Counted from the stretch's first letter, positions 7,952-16,822 are shown. The stretch is DNA of 20,000 nucleotides from an uncultured virus (IMG/VR IMGVR_UViG_3300009481_005157) (IMGVR_UViG_3300009481_005157); one strand, 5' to 3'. Numbers and translations are program-made. The notes: generated by a model not told the origin, from the sequence alone.

Positions 7952-8581
7952 CTACACCAAGAGATTGCTTAGTACTGTTGATATTTGCTTATCTTTTCCT
8001 TGAAAAATCCTTGTTATAAAGTTGTCTTCTGTAGTACCTGAGAACTGTGGGGGAACTCTAAATCCCCCTCCTAAATCCATCGTTCCTCCACCGGATCTAC
8101 CAAGATTCGATGCCTCGTACTGAAAACCCATAACTACTATAGCGTCACCCTTAGTCAGTAGCCAGTCTAACCAATGGAGGTCAGTTCCAGTTTCAGTTAA
8201 TTGGTGCCCCTCTGATAATGACAACAGATTGGCTAGTGATTTCTCTTGAAAGTTGAATTCAACATATCCTTGAAATTTCTCATTTATTGCCTTAATTTTG
8301 ACGTTCATGGAGTCTGCAACAGCTTGTGATATGGCATTGGCAGCCATTCCGGGTTCTCCGGGAGGTAAGCCAAATAGGGCATTTAAGCTACCAAAACCAC
8401 CTTGATCTAGGACGCTCTGCATCTCTGGGGAATTATACACCCAATCTCTGACCAAGCTTTTGAACCTCGTAGATGTCCTACCCGAATTACTTTTGATTCT
8501 TTTATTTACTTCTGTGGCTATTGCCCTGTATATTTTCTGTGGAATCCGATCTATTCCTGTTAGCTCGACTTGGATTGTCAT
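7952..8581 (-). CDS. Putative neck / tail completion protein (209 aa)
   Basis: Sits between the head-closure-like and terminator-like genes, with an ATGA overlap to the upstream gene. Function from gene order only. Confidence 0.45.
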   Translation of the reverse strand: MTIQVELTGIDRIPQKIYRAIATEVNKRIKSNSGRTSTRFKSLVRDWVYNSPEMQSVLDQGGFGSLNALFGLPPGEPGMAANAISQAVADSMNVKIKAINEKFQGYVEFNFQEKSLANLLSLSEGHQLTETGTDLHWLDWLLTKGDAIVVMGFQYEASNLGRSGGGTMDLGGGFRVPPQFSGTTEDNFITRIFQGKDKQISTVLSNLLV

Positions 8582-9060
8582 ACACTACGCTCCCAAAAAC
8601 AGCCGAAGTACCTACTTTGTTTTAGCCCCATAGGAAACGGTTCGCCAAAAGTTTTGAATCTCATTTCTCTATAGTCTTTTATATCTTTGTGAACTATAAG
8701 CTCCTTAGCTTTGAAAATCTTGGGGAGATCCGTGGCATAAAAAATAGTTTGGATAGAGTTGTCTGGGATTACCAAATCGCCACCAACTTTAGTCCAGCTT
8801 TTGCTATCCCAATATACTTTGAGCTTTATATCCTCTGTTTTCTCAACCTCTCGAAAGACTTTGTTTTGTCTTTTGTAGTTATCTTGAGGTCTTCTGTGAG
8901 CATTAACAGAATGATTGCTAGATAAATTGTTGAAGCTATTAGATATTTCCTCTACCTTGTCTATATATACTAATTGACATGTGACACCAAATATATTAAA
9001 TGTGGAGTCAACAACGTCATAGTATTTATCAAAAACGCTTTCAGGGATATTGATGGGCAT
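8578..9060 (-). CDS. Putative head-closure (stopper) protein (160 aa)
   Basis: Size, N-terminal helix followed by FGVTCQLVY and a beta-rich body, and position in the neck module. Confidence 0.5.
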   Translation of the reverse strand: MPINIPESVFDKYYDVVDSTFNIFGVTCQLVYIDKVEEISNSFNNLSSNHSVNAHRRPQDNYKRQNKVFREVEKTEDIKLKVYWDSKSWTKVGGDLVIPDNSIQTIFYATDLPKIFKAKELIVHKDIKDYREMRFKTFGEPFPMGLKQSRYFGCFWERSV

Positions 9061-9257
9061 TAGCTAGCTCCACCGCCATAGTGTTCATCAAAACGGGTAT
9101 TGAGTCTAGAATAGTGCGTTCCGGAAGCAACAAATTGGTTGACTTCAGGATCTATCTTTCTGTTAGTAATACCTCCCGTTTCTTGAACTGAGACGACGAC
9201 GCTGCCGTTTTTAATGTCAGTCGAAGACTTAGCTTTTATGACTATTTCATCGGGCAT
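9060..9257 (-). CDS. Small hypothetical virion-region protein (~65 aa)
   Basis: ATG at 9257 preceded by GGAGAG (preferred over TTG 9269). Its stop overlaps the next start (TAATG). Confidence 0.7.
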   Translation of the reverse strand: MPDEIVIKAKSSTDIKNGSVVVSVQETGGITNRKIDPEVNQFVASGTHYSRLNTRFDEHYGGGAS

Positions 9258-9318
9258 TTTTCTCTCCAATAATGAAAAATTTAAAACTATCTAAGGTTAT
9301 ACTTTGTGGGAATAATGA

Positions 9319-12300
9319 TTAAACATTTATCATGGCTGCTGTTTGACGCTTCCACCTACTACCGTCGTAATACCAGAGGTAGTGCTGGTAGATGCAAACC
9401 ACGCCCACGGCGCGTTTAATCTCTTGACCGTTGGACAAGAAGAGTTGTCGTGAAGCGCCGGAATTGGCTGATGAGGCTGCGACGGGGAGTTGCAAGAACC
9501 CATGCGAATTAACAATGGTGTTAGTTTTTCCGGTATTGTCCGTCCCAGCCTGTATCTGGTCAGTGGTATCTGCGCTGGAGTGCATTTCCGTCTTGATATT
9601 TACCGTAGTGTTACTGGTAGCTGCTACATTGAGCATGTCACCATTAAAGTCGCTTACGCTAGATGGCGTTTTCCCTAGGCGGGTGTTGTCGCCATACGCA
9701 TAGAAGCTTTCACCCAAGGTGACTGTATATTCGTCCGGGGAAACGGGGGCGCTGCTGATCCAGTCTGTGCGGCCACGGGCATAGGCAGCTGACTCGGAAC
9801 TATGAATGATAACAATAGCTCTTTTAAGAGGTTTAATGTTACCAGCATGGGAACCTATAAACGTATTATATGAACCTGAACCCTCTTGACCAGCAGCATA
9901 TCCAAGAAAAATGTTATGTGTGTTACCCCAAGGGATATCAGAGCCGTGGCGTTGTCCAGCGTAACTACCAAGGTGTACACTGTTTTTTGTACCAGAAGAG
10001 TACGCGGTGGTGAATGCACCAATCGAGACATTATTTTCGGAACCAGAACTAGCAACGCCAGCAGACACGCCAATAAAGATGCCATCTTTCGTGCCTTGGG
10101 TTCCAGTTGCAGCATACTTACCAATAGAAACATCCTCGTGAGAGTCATAAGCTCCACGACCGGCGTTGTAGCCGATGGAAATAGTAGTGTCAGGCTGTTG
10201 GGCTTCTCTACCTGCGTCTGCACCAATAGCGATGTTATAGCCTTTAGAAAATTGTCTGTATCCAGCTCTTGAACCCAGATATATTTCGTGAACACCTCTT
10301 AGTGTAGAGGAGTTAATTCTGCCGCTAGATTCGTAACCGGCATCAACCCCCATCATATTGGCTTGATGCATACCGCTGGCACTATGACCGGCTTGCCACC
10401 CAATCGCGTTCACATATAATCCGCTGTGGGCATGGCCTGCACGATAGCCTATTAAGTTCATACCAACACAACCAGACTCTAATGCAGAGCCAGCTTCGTA
10501 GCCCATGAAGTTACTGTAGTCAGACCCACTAGATGCCGCACCGTTTCGATAGCCTATGCCATTTACAAAGGCTCCGCTGGCGTTGATTAGCGCACTGACC
10601 CCTATAGCATTACCGTAGGGTAGGTGGGATGAAAAAGCACCGGCGTTGTAACCAAGGAAGTTAGTGAAACTGACACCGCTAGAAGAACGTCCGGCTCCAT
10701 ACCCGATCATATTTGAATAAAAAACGCCACTAATTTGTGCTCCAGCGAGGCGCCCAAGCATGTTGGACCAATGCCCCTGAACTGCACCCGAACCCGCAGA
10801 ATGGCCTATGGCGTTCACACCGCCGATACCGTTTGCTCCGTGCAATGCGCTATTACCTATAAAGCAGTTCTGGTTGGCCGAAAAGGCTCCAAAAGCGGCA
10901 TTATCGCCAAAGCCAAAGTTATAAGCCATGCCGGAAGCTCTGACGGCGGTTCTGGCGCCAACAAAATGGTTCATGTGGAGGTTGTGCGATCCGCTACCGG
11001 TGTGCCAACCGATTAACGTGGTGGCCATCATATCCTTAGAGTCCATCCCGGCAGCATGACCTATAAAGGTACATCCGGAAGACTTAAAGCCTGACCCACC
11101 GGCATCACTACCGATAAATACGCCTTCATAGGTCTGATTGGAAGTCCCTCGCCAGTAACCTCGATTCGGACCAGCATTCGTACCAATTCTAACACCGTCA
11201 CGATACGGGAATATGAGATGACTCAATTGGCCAGAACCATTAATGTCCATATGTATGTCGTTGCCAACCTTAGTGAGGCCACTTCCCGCATTTAGTGTGA
11301 TGCCCGGAGAGCCGCTAGAGGAAACATGTTCCTGAACATATCTCACGACAGCTTTAGTGGTTGGCACGATAGAGTCTGAAAGCTGGGAAGCTCCATCGAT
11401 CCTTTCACCAGATGTCGCAATGGATGCTGGGTTGAGGTGGTGGTCTACAGACACCTTGCCAAATAGATCACCAGATAGCGCTATAAGTTGCTGATCATGC
11501 AACTTAGTGATGCCAGAGACAGCCGCTGCAACTCCAGAGACCTTCATGCCCGAAGCATTGATCATATTTGTGGAATTTGAGAATCTATTTGTGTAGTCCG
11601 AAACCAATAGGCCGGACAATGCGGTGGGATCGATTAATACGGTGTTTGACCCGGCATGATAACTTGTGTTAATACCGCTTACGCCGGAGATAATTATGGC
11701 TTCATCGCTACCAATCAGATCCGTAGGACCAACGCCGCTATCACTAACGCCCAGCTTAAAGCCATTGTAAGTTCCACCTCCGCTGCTTCCGCCAGCGGCG
11801 TCTACGTATGCTTTTACGGCGGATGCTGTTGGGATAAGCAAGTCGGTGTGATTGGTGGTAAGCCCCTCGGAGGCAGTAACAATGGTGGCCGCTTGGAAGT
11901 TGGATACGGTGAGGTTGCTTAACCTGTAATCAAAGACTCCGGACATGTGGTTGCCGGAAGCGTAGATTTCGTCTCTAAGGAAATTACCTGACAGCGAGAT
12001 TAGGCCGGAAGCCCTTTCGGATAATAGGTCACCGGAAGCATTTGTAAAGTTAAGGGCGAACCCTGATACTAGAACACCAGAGTCTACTATCTTATCCAGC
12101 AAGAAGTTGCCAGAGTTAATGACGGCCCCACTAACTCCGTCAATTTTGCCCTGAAGGACTCCAGAGAGAGCATCGGGGCTGACAATCAAGTTGTTGGTTG
12201 AGGGGATGTATTTTGTTACGATTCCACTAACACCACTTATAGTAAGCAGTTCGTTGCTACCTACTGCGTCTACGCTAGTACCCGGATGGTGGAATTTCCA

Positions 12301-14253
12301 GCCAGCATATCCTGCCGCTGAATTATTGATGGTATACTCAAGCACCCCAGATAAACCGGATGCATCAATGTTAAGCTCTAATACATTATTTGTTGTACCG
12401 CTACCATATACTGATATACCTTGAACACCACTAAAGCCTATTTCGTCTGCCTGATGAATAAGATCAGTAACATAGTTGCCGTCAGAACCGGCATTTCCAG
12501 AGTCGATTGCTCCGATTTTAAACATGTTGCCAATTGCAAACGTTTGGCCAGCTTCGAGAAGAGATAGTCCACTACCTGCTCTATAGGCACCGCTGACAGC
12601 AGAGCCATCATTGAATATCATGCCACTCGCAGTTATGCCAAGCTTTTCGTTATTTGATGTTGCTGCTGTCCATGTATTAGTAGCGTTACGCCAAGTCCAT
12701 TTCTTATCGCCTGTATCTACCGCTCCAGTTCCAGACGATCTTACTACGAGACCACCGTCGTCAACAAGGTGATCTGCGTTGGCGGAGGAATCATTGCCAC
12801 TAGTGGAAGCTAGCTCTAGTTGCTTATCCTGTATAGTAACATTAGTACTGTCGTTATACGTTGTGGTACCTTTAACAAAAAGATTACCGCTAACAGTTAC
12901 GTCATTACCAAAGTAGGAGTTTGTCCTAGCGAAAACGCCACCGCTAGAGTGTACACTACCGTTAAGGGTGGTGTATATATCGCCATCAATAAATACATTT
13001 CCGCTAACCCCAGCATTCCCATCGAAAACATCCAGAGTATAATTAGGAGCAGTTGTGCCTATACCCAATCTACCGCCAGTATATCTAAGGCGATCACTGT
13101 AAGTTATTACGCCGCTCTCTTTGTATAGGGAGATGGTTCCCTCTCCGAGTGTGGCTGGGTTGATGCCAACCATAGCTTTATCTTGAACGACATATAGGCT
13201 TGATAGGTCTGGAATATCTTCCAGTGTCAAGAATCTAAATGTTGGGTAATCTGGGCTACAGCCTGCATCTTCACATCCGCTAGGTGGGCCGGAATAGATC
13301 GTACCCTTTTCTTGTTTTAGTGAGCATATTCTTTCATTTACAATACCGCTCAAGTAGAATATAGCATTAGTACCTGTGGTACCATCAAGTTCATTTCTAA
13401 AGAAGGGTTCTAGCTGACGACCGCCGGAGGCTGTTTTTGTGTTGTCCTGCGGTAACGGCTGACCACCTGAGAAGTAGACGCCTGAACCTCCACCAAAAAA
13501 TCCAGAAGCTCTAACTTGAGAATAACCGCGATCTCCACCAACATCGATGGCGAACTGCGGATTTGTCTGCGATATACCTAGATTAGATCGCTCATCAGAC
13601 CACATCATATCAGCATCATAATTGAGAAGCTGTTCGCTACCCCAGAAGGCAACGCCACTAGTCTGTGGCTCTCTGTACCCACTTATGCCATACCCTGTAA
13701 ATACAGAATACTTGCCCGGATAGGTTACATAGACTTCTTTGATGCCAAAATCTGGGAAGTCAAAAGGCTGTCCCGAAGCTACATAGTTGACACCACTAAG
13801 GCCTGCTGGTTTTGCATGGCCATTGTGGTTATTTGGCATGTAGAATGTGACGCCGTGGTACCCAGAGAAGGTGTGGGTATGAACGCTGGTTGCCCCAGCC
13901 ACAGCCATAGCGGCAGACTTCGTTAGGTACAGCGGATAGAAATAGCCCTGCTGCCCCTTTGTGGGACCGCTAGCGCTGTCACCATTTAGGTAGTATGGTC
14001 CAGAATCGAGGGCTGAACTTCTTAGGGGGAATCTGGTAAGTTCGTTGTCAGATCCATTCTGTCGATACTCACCAGAACCAACCTCATAATTAGTACCGTC
14101 TGTCGCCGCATAGTAAACGACATCGCCATACTGATAATAATCCCCAAAGGGGCTAAAGCCCGCAAGCTCTCCATCGAGAACAAACGCTCCCTGCCCCTTG
14201 GTATGAGAAAGTTCTTTTATTCTGTCTGATAGTATAACTATGTCGGAGTTCAT
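9319..14253 (-). CDS. Large fibre/spike-like virion protein (1644 aa) with SG-rich shaft and YadA-head-like beta-roll repeats
   Basis: N-terminal DRIKE...GF...YY...EVGSG...LTR...KEVYVTYP phage structural domain; LGIGTTAPNYTLDV fibre motif; PTxxAVxxYV motifs; more than 20 (N)xx(I/L)GxxAG repeats of about 16-17 aa in the C-terminal third; ends LWYYDGSRWK. Confidence 0.8.
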   Translation of the reverse strand: MNSDIVILSDRIKELSHTKGQGAFVLDGELAGFSPFGDYYQYGDVVYYAATDGTNYEVGSGEYRQNGSDNELTRFPLRSSALDSGPYYLNGDSASGPTKGQQGYFYPLYLTKSAAMAVAGATSVHTHTFSGYHGVTFYMPNNHNGHAKPAGLSGVNYVASGQPFDFPDFGIKEVYVTYPGKYSVFTGYGISGYREPQTSGVAFWGSEQLLNYDADMMWSDERSNLGISQTNPQFAIDVGGDRGYSQVRASGFFGGGSGVYFSGGQPLPQDNTKTASGGRQLEPFFRNELDGTTGTNAIFYLSGIVNERICSLKQEKGTIYSGPPSGCEDAGCSPDYPTFRFLTLEDIPDLSSLYVVQDKAMVGINPATLGEGTISLYKESGVITYSDRLRYTGGRLGIGTTAPNYTLDVFDGNAGVSGNVFIDGDIYTTLNGSVHSSGGVFARTNSYFGNDVTVSGNLFVKGTTTYNDSTNVTIQDKQLELASTSGNDSSANADHLVDDGGLVVRSSGTGAVDTGDKKWTWRNATNTWTAATSNNEKLGITASGMIFNDGSAVSGAYRAGSGLSLLEAGQTFAIGNMFKIGAIDSGNAGSDGNYVTDLIHQADEIGFSGVQGISVYGSGTTNNVLELNIDASGLSGVLEYTINNSAAGYAGWKFHHPGTSVDAVGSNELLTISGVSGIVTKYIPSTNNLIVSPDALSGVLQGKIDGVSGAVINSGNFLLDKIVDSGVLVSGFALNFTNASGDLLSERASGLISLSGNFLRDEIYASGNHMSGVFDYRLSNLTVSNFQAATIVTASEGLTTNHTDLLIPTASAVKAYVDAAGGSSGGGTYNGFKLGVSDSGVGPTDLIGSDEAIIISGVSGINTSYHAGSNTVLIDPTALSGLLVSDYTNRFSNSTNMINASGMKVSGVAAAVSGITKLHDQQLIALSGDLFGKVSVDHHLNPASIATSGERIDGASQLSDSIVPTTKAVVRYVQEHVSSSGSPGITLNAGSGLTKVGNDIHMDINGSGQLSHLIFPYRDGVRIGTNAGPNRGYWRGTSNQTYEGVFIGSDAGGSGFKSSGCTFIGHAAGMDSKDMMATTLIGWHTGSGSHNLHMNHFVGARTAVRASGMAYNFGFGDNAAFGAFSANQNCFIGNSALHGANGIGGVNAIGHSAGSGAVQGHWSNMLGRLAGAQISGVFYSNMIGYGAGRSSSGVSFTNFLGYNAGAFSSHLPYGNAIGVSALINASGAFVNGIGYRNGAASSGSDYSNFMGYEAGSALESGCVGMNLIGYRAGHAHSGLYVNAIGWQAGHSASGMHQANMMGVDAGYESSGRINSSTLRGVHEIYLGSRAGYRQFSKGYNIAIGADAGREAQQPDTTISIGYNAGRGAYDSHEDVSIGKYAATGTQGTKDGIFIGVSAGVASSGSENNVSIGAFTTAYSSGTKNSVHLGSYAGQRHGSDIPWGNTHNIFLGYAAGQEGSGSYNTFIGSHAGNIKPLKRAIVIIHSSESAAYARGRTDWISSAPVSPDEYTVTLGESFYAYGDNTRLGKTPSSVSDFNGDMLNVAATSNTTVNIKTEMHSSADTTDQIQAGTDNTGKTNTIVNSHGFLQLPVAASSANSGASRQLFLSNGQEIKRAVGVVCIYQHYLWYYDGSRWKRQTAAMINV
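9841..11195 (-). repeat. Degenerate protein-level tandem repeats Nx(I/L/M)GxxAG in the fibre protein
   Basis: Examples: SNMLGRLAG, SNMIGYGAG, TNFLGYNAG, SNFMGYEAG, MNLIGYRAG, VNAIGWQAG, NIAIGADAG, NIFLGYAAG, NTFIGSHAG. Confidence 0.85.
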
Positions 14254-14272
14254 TTTAAACCCTTATAAAGAA

Positions 14273-15268
14273 TTAACCATTTTCGCTATAGTTTGAGGCT
14301 ACTGACATTATCGGAGCAACACCAGAGGATTCGCCTTGCTCGTAACCGTAGGCAACAAAGTCGCATATCTCAGCGTCTGCGTAGCCACCGGCTTCTGTTT
14401 TAATCACGTAAGTGACGGATCTAGGATTGTCCGCATCGTCGGCACCACTGTTACCCTCTCTGAGTACAAGGCCAACGGTGTTTACCGTCATATCTTCCTT
14501 ACTTCCGGATGTTGAGGTTCCGTGACTAGTTCCTATTGCGACATAGTTATTATTATCAAATACACCAGAATTAAATGTTATCTTCAGCTTTCCGGGGGCT
14601 AGCCTCTGGATGCCACTAATATTATGCCAAGATCTAATTTGCGGCAGGTTGACGGTTCCGTCTCCGCTGGCATTGAAGTTGCACCAAGCTTTTGCTCCTA
14701 CCTTGCCATTTGCTATGCTGGAGCCATCACCAAACCTCAAGGTTCCCGATGTGTATATTTCTTGTTCGTGACCCATTACCGGGACAAACCTAAAGCCAAT
14801 GTCACTGTAGCCAGACGCGTTGATCCAATTGTCGTGTCTCACAGGCATGTTGCCATTTAAGACGTTGTTAGCTTCACCAACACCATTTATGTGGTAGTAC
14901 TGAGTGTGGGGGTGCGCAACCGCCAGATTATCCAACTGATTGTGATTTATACCCCAAGGGCCGGGATATGGAACTGTCTGGATAACGGTAGTGTCGCCAT
15001 TTGGAGCGTTGGGAAATTTGATTCCCGATTCCATGATGAGCTTACCGCCGACATCGTTCACAGTCCTGCCGGTCGCTGCTACAGTCACATTATTGAAGAA
15101 TGGAAATTCAGTTTCTGTATCTCCACTGGCAACAATCTTGTTTATGGAGAACGCTGTGTCTTCCATATTATGACGAACATCGTCTGCTGATATCAAACCA
15201 GCATTGTTGTCCGCTAAATCTAAGCTGATGCTGGCTATCAAATCGCCAGAACTTTTCATATTAGGCAT
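14273..15268 (-). CDS. Short fibre / decoration-like virion protein (331 aa)
   Basis: N-terminal LADNNAGLISADDVR motif and a central HxHTQY. The C-terminal AKAWCNFN...IRSWHNISGIQRLAPGKLKITF...NNNYV domain resembles the AKAWVNF-type fibre tip domain. Confidence 0.6.
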   Translation of the reverse strand: MPNMKSSGDLIASISLDLADNNAGLISADDVRHNMEDTAFSINKIVASGDTETEFPFFNNVTVAATGRTVNDVGGKLIMESGIKFPNAPNGDTTVIQTVPYPGPWGINHNQLDNLAVAHPHTQYYHINGVGEANNVLNGNMPVRHDNWINASGYSDIGFRFVPVMGHEQEIYTSGTLRFGDGSSIANGKVGAKAWCNFNASGDGTVNLPQIRSWHNISGIQRLAPGKLKITFNSGVFDNNNYVAIGTSHGTSTSGSKEDMTVNTVGLVLREGNSGADDADNPRSVTYVIKTEAGGYADAEICDFVAYGYEQGESSGVAPIMSVASNYSENG

Positions 15269-15280
15269 TTAAATTCTCCC

Positions 15281-15799
15281 TTAATAATCAAAATATCCAC
15301 CGGACCTATGGTCTGAATAGTTTCTGGCTATGCCATGTGAACCGGGACTATATGGGCCGAGTATAGACTGTCCAACAACGCCGTTACCGGCCCTGTATTC
15401 TAGTAGTGAGTGTTCGTATTTATCACAAAGATCTTTATATAAGACTGTTAATGTCTGAGTAACCCCACGTAAATCAATTGCTGATGGGCCATCTTTGATT
15501 GAAATCGCGTTTCCAGACTCTTTTCTGATTTCGCTTCCAATTATTATACACGCTGCTCGCAAACATGTCAAAGCTATAAAAGGATTGTCTTTAGTTCCGG
15601 AATCAGTGGGGTCTGGGGACAGGTTACAGGATTCTACATTAATCTCATAGGTATTTGTGAAATCCACGTTCATGGTCATCAGCTGGGCGGCAACCAGAAG
15701 CGTGGTTTCTATTCTTTGTGGTGTAAAAGTGTAGTTTGCGGGATCAACATCATTAATTAGATGTCGGACCACTGTTGACATTTGACCTTGCCAAGACAT
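15281..15799 (-). CDS. Putative head-tail adaptor (connector) protein (172 aa)
   Basis: N-terminal VRHLINDVD...YTF...I motif, helical body, a beta-hairpin (ISIKDGPSAIDL) and a final helix, matching the layout of gp6/gp15-like adaptors. Confidence 0.6.
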   Translation of the reverse strand: MSWQGQMSTVVRHLINDVDPANYTFTPQRIETTLLVAAQLMTMNVDFTNTYEINVESCNLSPDPTDSGTKDNPFIALTCLRAACIIIGSEIRKESGNAISIKDGPSAIDLRGVTQTLTVLYKDLCDKYEHSLLEYRAGNGVVGQSILGPYSPGSHGIARNYSDHRSGGYFDY

Positions 15800-15807
15800 A
15801 AAATCAC

Positions 15808-16122
15808 CTATATATTACTATGGACTTTAAAGGAGTGTATATCAGTGTAATAAGTTCCGCTGGGGACTACGACCTTTGCTTGAAGTTTGTAAAGTCCAGC
15901 TTCGTCTAGATCACCCGCTAGGGTATCATAATACATGACTCCAGAAATACCAAAATCTTGAAGTGTCGCATTCCTGTTTATCACCGCGTCACTTGGTTTT
16001 CTGAAGCTGATCTGGTGGATGGTAGAACCGCCAACCCCAGAAATATTGACAAGGTTTCCATCATCCTTGACGGTAATCAAAAACCTAGTCCCTATATCGT
16101 CTTGATGAATTTCACTAGCCAT
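15808..16122 (-). CDS. Small beta-sandwich structural protein, BppU N-terminal-like (104 aa)
   Basis: IHQDDIGTRFLITVKD...VNIS...FRKPS...G..YY...GDLDEAGLYKLQAKV pattern of BppU_N-like domains. Confidence 0.6.
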   Translation of the reverse strand: MASEIHQDDIGTRFLITVKDDGNLVNISGVGGSTIHQISFRKPSDAVINRNATLQDFGISGVMYYDTLAGDLDEAGLYKLQAKVVVPSGTYYTDIHSFKVHSNI

Positions 16123-16126
16123 TTAA

Positions 16127-16249
16127 TTACCTTATTAAATCTATTGGTAAAACTCTTTGGACATTGAGGCCGACCTCGAACAATACCCCTTCTATGACGA
16201 GGGTCGCCGGGGTTGACGTTTGAATATTCAGTGATACTTGTACTGTCAT
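16127..16249 (-). CDS. Small ORF missed by the track (40 aa, MTVQVSLNIQTSTPATLVIEGVLFEVGLNVQRVLPIDLIR)
   Basis: ATGA overlap with the upstream small ORF, stop 4 nt before the next ATG, and it fills the gap exactly. Confidence 0.7.
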   Translation of the reverse strand: MTVQVSLNIQTSTPATLVIEGVLFEVGLNVQRVLPIDLIR

Positions 16250-16383
16250 TTTTGCAGACTCAGTGTAACGTCAACAACGTGTTGTAGGCTTAATGTCAGG
16301 GATACAATTTCCCCATTGCTCCTGTTTAGCATTTCGCTAGAAGAAGAATGGGGGAGTTCTGATATTGCTATATATCCAAACAT
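16246..16383 (-). CDS. Small ORF missed by the track (45 aa, MFGYIAISELPHSSSSEMLNRSNGEIVSLTLSLQHVVDVTLSLQK)
   Basis: ATG 1 nt after the upstream stop. MFGxxxxSExPxS resembles an N-terminal motif of phage structural proteins. Confidence 0.7.
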   Translation of the reverse strand: MFGYIAISELPHSSSSEMLNRSNGEIVSLTLSLQHVVDVTLSLQK

Positions 16384-16384
16384 A

Positions 16385-16747
16385 TTATAACTGTGGATCG
16401 CTAATGTCTAAGTCAACTGCTGCGACTGCGGCTTCCGCTGCTTGCCGTCTAGCAGCCTGAACCTCGTAGCTTTTGACATTTTCAGTCAGGAATTCTCTGA
16501 CTACTCTATTGACGAACTGAGGGATAGTCTCTGGATTGTCAATATACTCTATCTGAGCTGGATCTGGTATCAGTGAGGGATTTTCTGCATCATCCGGCTG
16601 TGATGGATCAAAGTCAGGATTCGCCACCGTAGCATCCGGGTCGTAGTCTGGGTTGGGGACTTGAGTGGGTCTATTGTAATTGGCTGCAACAGCACCTAAA
16701 ACTCTATCCACATCTGCATCCGCAATTTCTATCGAAAATTGTGCCAT
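16385..16747 (-). CDS. Hypothetical acidic protein with NPD(Y/F)DP repeats (120 aa)
   Basis: GGAG SD; first gene after the GTGTATAA motif; Pro/Asp-rich insert between helical ends. Confidence 0.8.
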   Translation of the reverse strand: MAQFSIEIADADVDRVLGAVAANYNRPTQVPNPDYDPDATVANPDFDPSQPDDAENPSLIPDPAQIEYIDNPETIPQFVNRVVREFLTENVKSYEVQAARRQAAEAAVAAVDLDISDPQL

Positions 16748-16778
16748 TTTAGTTCTCCAAAAAGGGGTGATGTACTGG

Positions 16779-16800
16779 TATATTATACACTAAAAAACTT
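16779..16800 (-). promoter_or_regulatory. Putative phage late promoter AAGTTTTTTaGTGTATAATA
   Basis: Intergenic, at the head of the structural operon. Matches the motif at 6935-6956, and no TTGACA-like -35 is seen at canonical spacing. Confidence 0.6.
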
Positions 16801-16822
16801 TAAACTCAGGATTTAGCTAACT

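Noticed and set aside
5711..9060. Contractile injection system (eCIS/T6SS/tailocin) interpretation
   Set aside because: No sheath or baseplate wedge genes are seen here. Adaptor-like and closure-like genes plus a very long TMP fit a head-bearing phage better.
9319..11195. Bacterial trimeric autotransporter or DGR target
   Set aside because: No signal peptide or C-terminal beta-barrel anchor. No near-identical nucleotide repeat pair or reverse transcriptase in the window.
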